Assembly (NCBI GenBank): GCA_030704615.1
Contig: CM060734.1
Coordinates: 37,820,001 to 37,884,000, forward strand
Direction: 5' to 3'
Source of the DNA: Takakia lepidozioides
Taxonomy: Eukaryota; Plantae; Bryophyta
Length of the DNA stretch: 64,000 nt
A program made the position numbers and the translations under genes. The notes under the pieces are model-generated. The model was not told the DNA's origin. It saw only the letters and a program-made list of their open reading frames with translations, and did no database searches. This document shows positions 49,601 to 60,553 of this stretch, piece after piece. Numbering within the stretch: position 1 is the first letter of the stretch; each line of letters opens with the position of its first letter.

Positions 49601-52600
49601 TCGATTTCCCTGTTGTTCCCAGCACAAGGGCATAGGCAGTCCTCATATTGCACGTTGGCTCACCTACCAGTCTGTATATGCAGACTGTCGGAGCCCACCC
49701 TGAAACTCCCCAATGCCCTTGGAAGAGAGGAAGATAGAGGTAATTGGGCTGCAAGAAGTTCCATAAGTTCCCATCTGATGCATCTATAGCGGTCCGGCTT
49801 GGACACAATTTCCACCCCCTCCGTATTTGTGGCAGTAGGGAAGCAACGGAGAGTCCGTTGCGCTCAAAAAGGTTGAACACCCGAACATACCAGGAGGTCA
49901 TGAAACCAGCGGTTTTGAGCTGATAGATGTTGTGAGGGCTAAGAAGATAGAAACTTATAACCCCCCGTGCCCATGGGAAAAAGTAAACAACAAGAAAAAA
50001 GCACTTCAAAAGACACCAAATGTGGCCCAAAGATGAAGTGCCTCATGCAGGTCAGCTGTCAGGGAGAAATGAAATGAATTTAAATGAAAGACGTCTTATA
50101 ACATCTGTGGGAGGCCCAAAGGGCCCAAGGGGGGATGCAAGTATAACCACAGAAACCACAGAGAAAGAAAAGAAAAGAAAAGAAAAGAAAAGAAAAGAAA
50201 TGGTACGTTTTAACGTCCGCGGAAAGCTCAAAGAGCTTACGGGACAAAACGGGAAAAAACAAGAGAGAGAAGACAAAACCAGAGCCGAAAAGCAGCCCAA
50301 AGCAACTACTGTTCAAGGGATTGCCTAAGGGTCAAGGCCTCGTGCAGGTAAGCTGCCAACCATTTCTGATCCTCTTAATGGAAAGAGAAACTTCATGATG
50401 TCCACAGTGGGCCCCAAGCCCAATTAGAGAGAAAAAGAGAAGTTGGCACCAGCTGGGAGTGCTTTTAAGGTAGTCTCATCTCCATCCAAAGTAGATCGCA
50501 CATTGATCTCTGATTTCGTGTACATGTTACTGCTGCTTCAGAAACTCTGCTCTTCACCCTGACTCCCCATCCCCCTTTCTCTTTTTTTCTCCTCTTCTGC
50601 TCTCTCTCTCTCTCGCACCATTAGAATGCAGACTGCTGCTGCTGACATCTGGGCCTTTATGTGCATTTTAATATTGGTCTTCTTTGATTGAAGAAGCCCT
50701 TTCTTGGAATTGGCATTGGGTATGCAGTTTGTTTTTATTTGTAGTGCATGTGTGAGAGTGCAATACTAATTGGTTGTGCCATTTTTGTCTCGCGTTGGCT
50801 TTTGGGCAGCATGTGCCAGCTCAGCACTTCCACCACCTTGATGCATCTGGCATCTTCTTTCCCGGCTGCAGCCTTCCCTTTCTCTTCCCAGCCTCATCCC
50901 TTTCCAGTTTCACAATTTATTCGTAGTCCTTGACTCCAACCAACTTATGCTTTCTGAAACTTGGGATTTCAGGCATCGCTGCAAATCTTGAAACTTTTGG
51001 GGGTCGTGTCCTTTCAAAACTAGCTCCTTTGCCACTTCTTTCTTGTGCCACATGCTGGGACAACCATTATTTACAAGTGATCCTTGGATGGCTCCCTCGT
51101 CATAGTTGAGAATATCTAGCAAACATTATGAGGGCTTCGCTCCTGCATGCTCAGTTGGGTTCCCCGCAGTACTGATATTCACTTATTGGCTGGGTTGCCG
51201 CTTTTCTTTGGGGAGAAAATGCTTGTAATTTGAAAATCTTTCACACTTCTCAATCAGGTTTTCAAGCTCTTTAGTAGATATAGTCCTACCGTCCAGTGTT
51301 ATGAAATACGATGAGTCATCCAGCAATGAACTTCAGCTAGGCTTTCTCCTGGAAGCTTTAAACTTGGGTGTCAGTCACAATCCATCTCTTGAAACTATGT
51401 GGGAGCTGGTTTTTTTCTCGTCCACCCATTTTATGATACAACCAGTATGTGAACTCTTTGCATTTTGCTCAGTAAACATTCATCTCAAGCTCGGTTAACA
51501 TTATGATCCAATGCTCTTTGTAGAATATGTAAAAGGGTGGCATCCCTGAGCAACAATGAACACCCAGAAATGCCCATGGTCATTGGCTGCTTATGCAAAC
51601 TATTGCTGTCCTTTTGGCCCATTTTTATTTAATCACAATCCATCTTTCTGCTGAGTCAGTTCTGAACTGAATTTTGACATTCGATTTAATCAGTTTCCTG
51701 CATTTTGAAACTCCTTTTATACCCTCAAGTTCAGATTTTTATCAAAGTCGAAATCATACTTTCCTTGCCAATTTCATCTTGGTCCCATTGGGGGAATGGA
51801 CTTCCATCACAGGCTGCTGCACGCGCATACCGGGTGGCCAATCGGGCTGACTTCTTGCTTGGAGGCAGGTGGCGGCCCGCGGTTGATTGGGCCGAGAATG
51901 AACCAGACATCGACCCTGATGAGATGGCTAAGGTCAGTATTCCCCTCACTATTGCATACTCCTCTTGTGTGGGACATTATCAGTGTTTGGTTGGCATTAT
52001 ACATGTTAAAATGAAAGATCGAAATCACAACCCCTCTGAAAGTGTGGGTCCCACTCTTTGTGCTCTAATAGAAATGAAATGAAATGGTACTTTATAACGT
52101 CTGCGGAAAGCTCCTAGAGCTTATGGGACAAGATGATGACTCACTTTGTAATAGAGAAAGTGAGTTGAGACCACTCTGGATGAGAGAAACTGCTCAAAGG
52201 GTAAGGAAGGTAAGATATGAAATAAGGAATGCTGTGTGTTCATTGGGTTGTGTCGGGTGTAGGTGAAGACAGCATTTGTTGGAAATCTCCCAAGCAATGT
52301 GATGGAGGATTTTCTGCAGGCCATTTTTGAACCTTTTGGAAAGGTATGTTCACCAAACATAGTTCTTAACTGTGTGACTCAGAACCCTTGCAGGATTTCT
52401 GCTTTCAGAGTAGTGCCTAACGCTTGCAGCTGACTGCCTATCCCTCTGCCTCTCCTTCTACCTTTCATTTGCAAAACGAGGGAGGGGAAGATCCCAGATC
52501 AGAATTAATTAGAAACACCTCACAAACCTTATTTTCAGCTAGGACAAGCCCACAAGGGGAGAAACTCCAAAATGATAAGACTCCCCTAAGGCACCTTTGG

Positions 52601-55600
52601 TCCAAACAGCTAGAACGCCAAGTTATCAAAAATATCTGCAAGTAGGAGCCATCTGCAGAGCCTGAACACTCTCATGAAGGAGTTAACATGAAGAAGTCTC
52701 TGACATGAAGCTGCTTATTTCTCATAATGATGATCAAGGAGATTCTGCTCCAAAGAACAGACCCAAGGATGGGGAATTACTTCACTCCTCCATAAGCACA
52801 AATAGGGGTTAAACCAGCCAGGTCCTGAAGGTATCGGTGGAGACCAAAGTGGTGCAAAGGACTATCTAACGTCCATCCCTGTGTGGAGCACTAGTTGGAT
52901 AGGCGAGTGCCATTTCCCATGCTGATTTTAGTGGATGGGTGGGGCAGCCTACTTTAAGTTTGACTCAATAGTGACCATGATGGCGTGGATAGCACACTCT
53001 TTCTGGAGCATTATAATGGGTAGTCTGCTCAACTGAAAGCATCAAACAGATTCTTAGTGCACCTCTTTTTGCTCAGTTAGAGAAGCTCCAGATAGCTGAC
53101 AGCCATGGCCCTCCTTGGGTCTTACTTTCCTTTGGGGCCTTCTGCAGACCCCTCTCCCTTCCACCTAATCCCTCTGTCTCCCCCTCCTGCTTGCACAAAC
53201 AGGTGTAGGGGCCTAGGCCCCCAAGTTTGTGTGCAAGCAAAATCAATGGAGTACACCAATTTTCTCCCACTTATGTGCATACGGAGATCCAATGTTGGTT
53301 CTTCTGTAGGTGTCACAAATTATGTTGCATTTGCAGGTGTATGTGACAAAATGCCCATCTTAATGTCAAGGCATCTGTATAACTCATCGAGAGATAATAT
53401 GATAAGTTCTGCCTTCGGGGTGGTTGTGGGTGCACAGATTGAAAGGGTAGCCATCTCCAGAAAGAGCAATACTCCCGTGGGCTTCGTCCACTTTCTCAAT
53501 CGCACTGTAAGTCATATCTTCACCTGCTGTTACCTCAATGTGTGAAAATGGGAATCACATGTTCCCAAAGTAAATGCAAAGAAGTTAGTAAAGAAGTCTC
53601 ATCATCAAAAGATAGCAGACAAAACCCAACTTTCAAGGTCCAATACCTGGATAATTGAGCTTCATGCTTCGACCTTCAGCATCTTCTTCTGAGCTTTATT
53701 GTTACCCGCTAGATTGCGGTCCATGATTGGATGCAGTGGCACTTCAAACCTTCCCGTGCATTTGATTATATTCCATTCACAAATATTCTGAAGGTGATCA
53801 TGTGAGAGCCAGGATCTCGAGGTGGCTATGAAGGAGCTCGATGGCAGGTTGATAGATGGCCCTGATCATGGGCCCAAGTTTAAGATACAGGTGTTCATGC
53901 CTTTCCTCTTTTGAGGTGTCCTTCTCATCTGTCCACTTGAAGCTGTGAACTTGCTTCATTTGTAACCGTTTCTCCTTCCCTTTCCTTTTGCTCTGTTGCT
54001 ACTGGATGTCTTTTGTATGGTTACACCAACTTCAAATTTTGTAGATCCAGGGGCCCCAAGGGCACATGGTACCTAAAATGTGTATGGAAAGACCGTCCAG
54101 GGGCGCCTTGAAGCTGCTATGCACATGGGGTCGTCAAGCTGAAATGGACAGGAAATGTCCAAACAATGGAAGGATGAAAAGATAAAACTTAGCACCATCT
54201 AAAGTGCCTCACCACTGGTTTTGGGGAGCCCATACTGACCAAGAAAACTGAAAGAGAGAGAGGGTGCATGCCTTTAAAAAAAAGTGGGATAGCACTCATT
54301 GACAAGTATGGATGGGCAGGTGTCTATTATTCATCAGGAGAGTTTCCTGGTCCTGATGTGTAGCGTCCACTGGTCATGTCTCCTAGCTGATGCCACTTAT
54401 CATGCTAGGGATCTGCAATATATGATAGAAAGGGTCAGTTTCCGCTCTTGATGTCCATGGTGGTAAATGTCTGTATGTCAGGTGTCACTAGCTAAACCTG
54501 CAGACAAGAACCGGAAGCGTGGGCGAGAGGAAACTCAGAATGTTACACTTGGAACAAGTGTCCCCCCAGTAAAGTTTTCTGCAAGCCTTGGGGCTTATGG
54601 TCCTCTGGGAGGAGCATATGGTGACTACACTGATTATGTTGTGGCTAAAAATCCTCGAGTTGCCAGCAAGCCATTTGCACTACCAGAGGTTTGACCTCTT
54701 ACTTCGCCATGTCTAGTGGTTATGAGTGAAATATCATCTTTGAAGTTATGTGTTGAACCTGGTTCAAGGGGTTGTTTCCCCAGTTTACTCAAGGTAAAGG
54801 TGAACAAGTTAGAGCCAATGATTTCGTAACTAATCAGAGGTTGCTTTTAGCATTTAGATGGACCCGTACGAGCTGGCTATTGGGACGCTGCCACCTTTGG
54901 TGGTTGATCGGCTTCTACGGCTCTTTCGGCAAGGGGTTGCTTCTCGCCAGGAGGTTTGAGCCCATATAACCTGACCTCGGAATGGGCTTTTAATCGATCT
55001 CAATTCTCTCTTACATGATATTTTGATGCCTACTTGTCTGGTCTTGGAAAAATAGCTGGGATTTACTGGAGTAGGTTACCAGCAAAACGAATGAATGTCA
55101 GGTTTCCAGAGGGGCAGTGTGCAGGTTTTTAGGTGGCGGAAGTCACTTCAGCCAACTTACTTGGGGAGGGCAGCTAGGTCTTCCTGTTACAAACACTCTT
55201 GAGCTTATGAATGGAAAATATGTTCGCTAACCTTCAAATTGGGGCATTGGGTGAGGAGATCTGATGCGTGGTTTTCACTTCAATTGCTGTTTGACTTTTC
55301 GTCCCTGAGGAAGTCATTGCATGTTTGCTTAAATGTCATCATATTTTTGTTGTCATGTGTATAGCTGGATGTACGTGTTCTAGAAAACCTGCGGGATCTG
55401 CCGGAGTCTGCTGCCATCTCAGCACTTGACCAAGTTGGTATTTCTTCCTTTTGGCTTGCCAGGCCTGAATTTCTCCTTAGATTGCAACGGTGGTCAATTC
55501 CAGTTCTGAAGTTAGACATTATCCAAAGAAGAGCAATTTGGTCTACTGCTTATTATAGTGAGCCCCAAATGCAGTGAATTGTGCTGATTCACAAACAGTT

Positions 55601-56898
55601 TTGACAGAAAAAAACTACTTTTTGAGTTATAGCTAACATCTGTTGTGACTGCAGTTCGCGTCATCCAGCTTTACAGAGGTGCGAAGCAAGGGGGCATACC
55701 TATCTGGCGTAATAAATCGGGTAAGTTTGAAAATTTTCCCTTCATTCGTTTGCCACTATTTATGGGGAATTTATATCCCTTCAGTGCCAGCATTCCTAGT
55801 TTCCTGCACTGTTAGTTTCACTCCATGCCTTCCCCCTCTTTCTTGGTCCCCTTTTGTCCATGGACATTCTAATTCCTGTGAACGCATTATCACTTGTTGG
55901 CATTTCTGCAGTATATCCATATTGACCACACTCCATGGGTCCTTAGGTGCGGAGGGAACTGCGTGACAAGCCAGTGCTCCATGAGATACCTGGGAGGGCT
56001 GGTGTAAGACCCACAGAATATGGGCAAGTGGCAACCACAAGGGCTTCGGCCAGGGATAGCTGGCTACTGGGCCAACAAGGAATTGGTGCAGTTTCAGCCT
56101 CACGTCTTTCTGCTCTCGACACTCTTAGTGTTCCCTATGCAATTGGAGATACTGACTACCTTGGGTGAGCAGCAGCTTTACTTCCCACATTCCTAATCCC
56201 CTCGACTGATACTTCATCACAGTTGTGCATCCAATATTTATTCCTGTTTCTTAAAAGTGTACCTGGTTAAATAAGACTTCCCAGGGTACGGGTGACAACG
56301 GGCTTTTCTTAATTGGATTCTCTGTCTCAATGGCCACAAGGCTACGGCAAACAACGTCTTATGAGTACAATCTGTCTCAAGCTGTGAGTCTGAGCTCTCT
56401 GGCTGTGGATATTGTCCTGCAGTAAACTGTGGCATGCTAAGGAGAGAGATGATGGGGCCTTCATTAGACTTGCTTCCCAGGGGCCCGATGCTCTGTTGAG
56501 ACAGAGCAAAGAGAGCAAGATGGAGAGAGAGAGAGTTTGTATCTGAGAAGGTGCTGAACCACCCCTTTTGTGTTGGATGTCTGTACAGGTATGATTCTTA
56601 TGGAGTGGTTGGTGCCATGCCCTCTCTGTCCGCAGGGTTGTTGAGCGACCCACTGTTGCCAAGAATTCCAACCTTGCTAACAGAGCCCTATGCCTTGCCC
56701 TCATATCGGCTTTCATCGGTCTCTACGGTTGGAAGTGTGGCTTCTGGACTTGGATTCCAAGATGGGGGAGCTTCGGACCGACGGGCATTTAAATTCGATC
56801 CCTTCACTGGAGAGCCATTTAAATTCGATCCGTTCACTGGAGAGTCCCTCCAGCCAACCTCTTTGTCATCCATGCGACTAGGAGCAAAGTATTACTAG
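46622..56898 (+). CDS. hnRNP Q/R-like RNA-binding protein (3 RRMs + C-terminal NURR/AcD-like domain), 16 coding exons
   Basis: Exons 46622-46700, 47131-47210, 47605-47670, 48162-48233, 48576-48648, 48890-48927, 49043-49159, 51813-51932, 52263-52343, 53438-53506, 53813-53890, 54482-54688, 54858-54953, 55365-55433, 55655-55720, 55947-56164 and 56589-56898 (17 segments as read; exact count uncertain). RNP motifs SEVFVGGL/KGYGFVRF, TLFLGNL/NRGFAFVHF, VDWAENEPDIDPDEMAKVKTAFVGNL/VGFVHF and VSLAKP. Confidence 0.9.
49316..50375. mobile_element. Cluster of LINE 3' fragments in an RRM-gene intron
   Basis: Family A tail at 49316-49372(+). A minus-strand ORF2 relic with a C-x-C...ESEEHFFFH.PFYYEI...[12 protein letters not shown] zinc-knuckle region at 49423-49950. 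A second (TTTCA)n-tailed end at ~50065-50135(-). A family A copy with a (TTTTC)n tail at 50162-50375(-). Confidence 0.8.
52071..52132 (-). mobile_element. ~60-bp family A LINE 3' end
   Basis: Reverse complement CTTGTCCCATAAGCTCTAGGAGCTTTCCGCAGACGTTATAAAGTACCATTTCATTTCATTTC matches the other family A ends. Confidence 0.8.
56331..56370 (+). mobile_element. 40-bp family B micro-insertion with 10-bp TSD
   Basis: TCTGTCTCAA (56321-56330) | TGGCCACAAGGCTACGGCAAACAACGTCTTATGAGTACAA | TCTGTCTCAA (56371-56380). Confidence 0.8.
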
Positions 56899-56933
56899 TT
56901 TTGTTTTATTATTAGTCTCTTTCGCTGATGAGT

Positions 56934-56956
56934 CAAACAATGTCTTATGGGTACAT
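56934..56956 (+). mobile_element. 23-bp family B micro-insertion with 16-bp TSD in the 3' UTR
   Basis: TCTTTCGCTGATGAGT (56918-56933) | CAAACAATGTCTTATGGGTACAT | TCTTTCGCTGATGAGT (56957-56972). Confidence 0.75.
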
Positions 56957-57350
56957 TCTTTCGCTGATGAGTTTATATTTTGGCCTAGTCTTGAGCTGAA
57001 ATTGTACAGTAGCTGTGCCATATCTTGTCACAACTTCACTTGCTGTCAGCTAGGTTTTTGATACTGTACGGATTATCTTATTTTCACGATGTTTCCTCTC
57101 CCTCGTGAATGTGGGAACATGTGGTACTCAAAGCTCTCTGGGTCCAATTTCCATATTTTTATCCACTTGAAAACAACACAAGATGGCTAAAGAAGTTTCC
57201 CAAACAACAAGCAAATGTCAAGGAGGGCGTATTAAAGCACAGGATTCCATTGCATTTGACAAGTCATCATTCAAAGAGAACAAGAGGTTGTGTCCTTTGG
57301 TGATTTTGTGGTTGTTGTTTTATACTTTTTCTAGGGCTTCATGAATCATT

Positions 57351-57624
57351 CCCATCAACCCTCCATAGACTAGGCTTAATGGATAAGCCTAGTTCTCTCC
57401 CTAAAGATGTTTCCACAATGCCTCTATCCCTTGCGGATCCCATCAACCCTCTAAAGACTAGGCTCTCTCTCTCTCTAGGCTTAATGGATAAGCGGTTCTC
57501 CGGTTCCGCCTAGGCAAGAAGTCTCCACAATCCCTTGCGGGTCCCATCAACCCTCTAAAGACTAGGGGCTCTCTATCTCTCTCTAGGCTTAATGGATAGA
57601 CCGAGTTCTCTCCTTAAAGATGTC
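57351..57624. repeat. Tandem repeat, ~90-105-bp unit, 3 copies
   Basis: CCCATCAACCCTC..AGACTAGG...CTAGGCTTAATGGATA occurs at 57351, ~57438 and ~57543. Confidence 0.85.
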
Positions 57625-58139
57625 TGCACTAGTGTTGGGAGGATACCCTTTTTCTGCCATTATACCCTGAGGGTAAAACCCAATAAGGGTATATGGATAT
57701 ACCTTACACTGGAAACTCAAAAATACCCTTACCCTACCCTTGTCGAGGATAGTTATTTTTGTTATACCCTTAATGGATTATACCTTGGGGTTTGAAATTT
57801 CGAAGGATACCCTTACCCTCGGAGTAAATCTATTCAATGGCCGGGTAATAAGGAAGGGTATAATAATTTGATATCTAGGATATTTGCTAGTAGAGAGGGC
57901 AAACGGCAAACACTAGCATGTTTATTTGTTTATTTTGTTTTCTTCATTGGTCTTCCTCTTTGCAGCTTGTGCTCCAAGACCGGTCCTTGCGTCCTTGCCA
58001 CTCCCTTCTTCTTGCAAAAAGAGTGGGCTAGGGCTTGTGCTTCAGCGGTGGTCCCCGGCGCCACGGCCGCTGTCTCCTTCCTTAGTCCCCGCCATTATCT
58101 CTATCAAGCAAAACATCTCCTTGAGCGCAAGTGCTTGAG

Positions 58140-58460
58140 CGGCAATCCCCGCCACTCTCTCCTTCATGCAAAGTGTAAGTATTCCAGCGGGCCCACCACT
58201 CTCTTTGTCTCCTTGTGTTCACCCTCTCTTTCCTACAGGGCCAGCCATTCTTTTTGTCACCTTGTGCTCATTCTCTCTTTCCTGCAAGGCCCTCCAGCAA
58301 GCCCCACCACTCTCTTTGTCTCCATGTGCTCATTCGCTCCTTCTTGCAAGGCCCTCCAGTGGGCCCGCCACTCTCTTTGTGACCTCGTGCTCTACCCCTA
58401 CCCTATCACTCTCTCTCATGTACATCTTGTGCTCCAGCGGCGGCCCTCGCCACTGTCTTT
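58140..58460. repeat. Degenerate pyrimidine-rich tandem array (probably TE-internal)
   Basis: Repeated CCAGCGGGCCC(A/G)CCACTCTCTTTGT(C/G)..CTTGTG motifs at ~50-60-bp spacing. Confidence 0.6.
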
Positions 58461-58495
58461 GTTGCCTTTGTGCTTCACCTTGGTCGGGCCTTGCT

Positions 58496-60215
58496 CTCTG
58501 GATATCAATTCCATTGTTTTGTTGAAGCCGAAATGTCCTGCAGCCGGAAGATCATGACATGTTTGAAGAATTCGCAGTCATGTAGATCCTGGAGGTACAT
58601 AGAGAAGTCCCTTGAAATAAAGTAAGCCATCTTTGAATTCGAAGTCGTTTATAACATGTGGGTTGTCTCGAGGTCGATTTAGTTGACTTCGTAATGTCGT
58701 AGCAAATTGGTCACTCTTCAGTGCTTCCTGAATCTTCGTTATGATCTCTACATCGTCATAGGTGGACATAGATAGCATATTCAATTGGAGATTTGCTGGT
58801 TTCAAGATGATGGATTTCTGTTGGTCGTCGAGAAAGAGCATCGGGTTTTCCTTGAAGATATCTGGGACGGTAGGTAATAACAAAATCAAACCTTGCTAGT
58901 GACATACTCCATCTCGCTTGACGTCGATTCAAAACACGATCACTCATAAAATATTCGAGGTTTTTGTGATCGGTGTAGATAGTGACTTGATGTTTAGCTC
59001 CCTCCAATAGATGACGTCACTCCTCAAAAGCATCGATGATCGCTAGAAGTTCTTTGTCATGGATTTCATAATTGATCTCTACAGCGAAAAATTTGCGAGA
59101 ACGAAAACCAACAGGGTGAAGTCGGCCATCCGTACTGTATTGAGAGCGTATAGCGCCAAGTGCAAAGTCCAATGCATCTGCTTCCAAAAAGAATGGTTTT
59201 AATGGGTCTGCATGTATCAGTATTGGGGCCGTTGTAAATGCCTACTTCAGCCTTTCAAATGCCTGGTCAGCCTCCTCGTCCCATACAAATTTGTCCTTCC
59301 ATGTGAGTCGTGTCAATGGTGCAGCAATTTTGGAGTAGTCCTTGATGAAGATTCTATAGAAATTTACAAATCCCAGAAAACATTGTACATCTCGGACCGA
59401 AGTTGGTTTAATCCACTCGATGATGGTTTGTATTTTCTTCTGATCCATAAAAACGTCTTTGTCGGAAATAATGTAGCCCAGAAATTCGACCTCAGATTGA
59501 TGGAAAAGACATTTTTCCAACTTGACATATAGTCCTCTTTCTCTTAATTTATCAAGGACAAGGCGTACATGGCGACCATGATCTTTGTCATTCTGTGAAA
59601 ATATCAAAATGTCGTCCAAATAGATGACTACAAAGTCATCTAAAAATTCTCGAAAGATGACATTCATCATATGTTGGAAAATTGTTGGAGCATTTGTAAG
59701 ACCGAAAGACATAGCACTGTATTCGAAATGTCTACACCTTGTTCGAAAAGTTGTTTTCCATTCGTCTATTTCTTTTATCCGTACAAGGTTATAAGCTCAT
59801 CTCAAGTCAATTTAAGTGAAAATCTTTGCTCGTCCCAGTTGGGCGAAAAGCCCAGAAATCAGCGGCAACGAATAACGATTCTTAATTGTGACTTTGTTGA
59901 TACCGCGATAGTCCACACACATGCGTAATTATCCGTCCTTTTTTTTCACAAACAAGATAGGAGCCCCCGTAGGTGATTTTGAATGTCGGATGAAGTTCTT
60001 CGACAAATTTTCATCAATGTACTCACGTAATGCAGCCAACTCCGTCTGGGATAAGTTATAGATTTGGTCAAATGGTGGTTGGGCTCCTTCTTGTAACTCA
60101 ATTGCACAGTCATCAGGTCGATGTTATGGCAATATGTCTGCATTTTTCTTCTCGAAGACATCATTGAAATCTTGATATTGAGTGGGTAATATCGAAGTAC
60201 CTTTTACCACAATAC
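58496..60215 (-). mobile_element. Degenerate Ty3/gypsy pol fragment (RT, RNase H, start of integrase), Tcn1/fungal-chromovirus-like
   Basis: [66 protein letters not shown]...LNRRQARWS...GKPDALSRR and CHDLPAAGHFGFNKTMELISRE. Many stops; no LTRs seen. Confidence 0.93.
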
Positions 60216-60553
60216 TAGCTGGTATGAGGTATCAACTCTGGTATCATCCTTTATGTGTATTGTATTTATTTTCACTTGATATTTGCTATTTGATAAACTT
60301 GTAATTCAAGATGGCTTTAAAAGTAAATATACATAAGTACAAATGTATAGGCTAATGTACACATAAATTAATATGGTACACATACCAGAGTAAATGAGGT
60401 AGACTGTGGGGGAGTACTGGCATTGTGGCTGGTATTAAAAAATTGATATCAGCCTGGTCTGGTATATGACCAAATATTCTCCCAAACGATACCAGACTGG
60501 TCTGGTATCTAGTACCAGTGCATATACCAGTACCTTATACCAGTCCAACACTG
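60215..60553. mobile_element. Probable hAT-type DNA transposon end
   Basis: Ends CCAACACTG (reverse complement CAGTGTTGG, a hAT-like TIR), preceded by many ATACCAG/CTGGTAT subterminal repeats in both orientations. Confidence 0.45.

Noticed and set aside
57351-57624. CRISPR-like repeat-spacer appearance
   Set aside because: Eukaryotic context, the spacers are related to each other, and there are no cas genes.
57868-58557. 229-aa + strand ORF
   Set aside because: It arises from a pyrimidine-rich tandem array and the antisense of the gypsy integrase; the Cys/Leu/Ser-rich sequence is not protein-like.
57630-60553. Single hAT element enclosing the Tcn1-like fragment (TAGTGTTGG...CCAACACTG)
   Set aside because: The 8-bp flanks do not match (GTCTGCAC vs AGCCACTT) and the subterminal repeats differ at the two ends.
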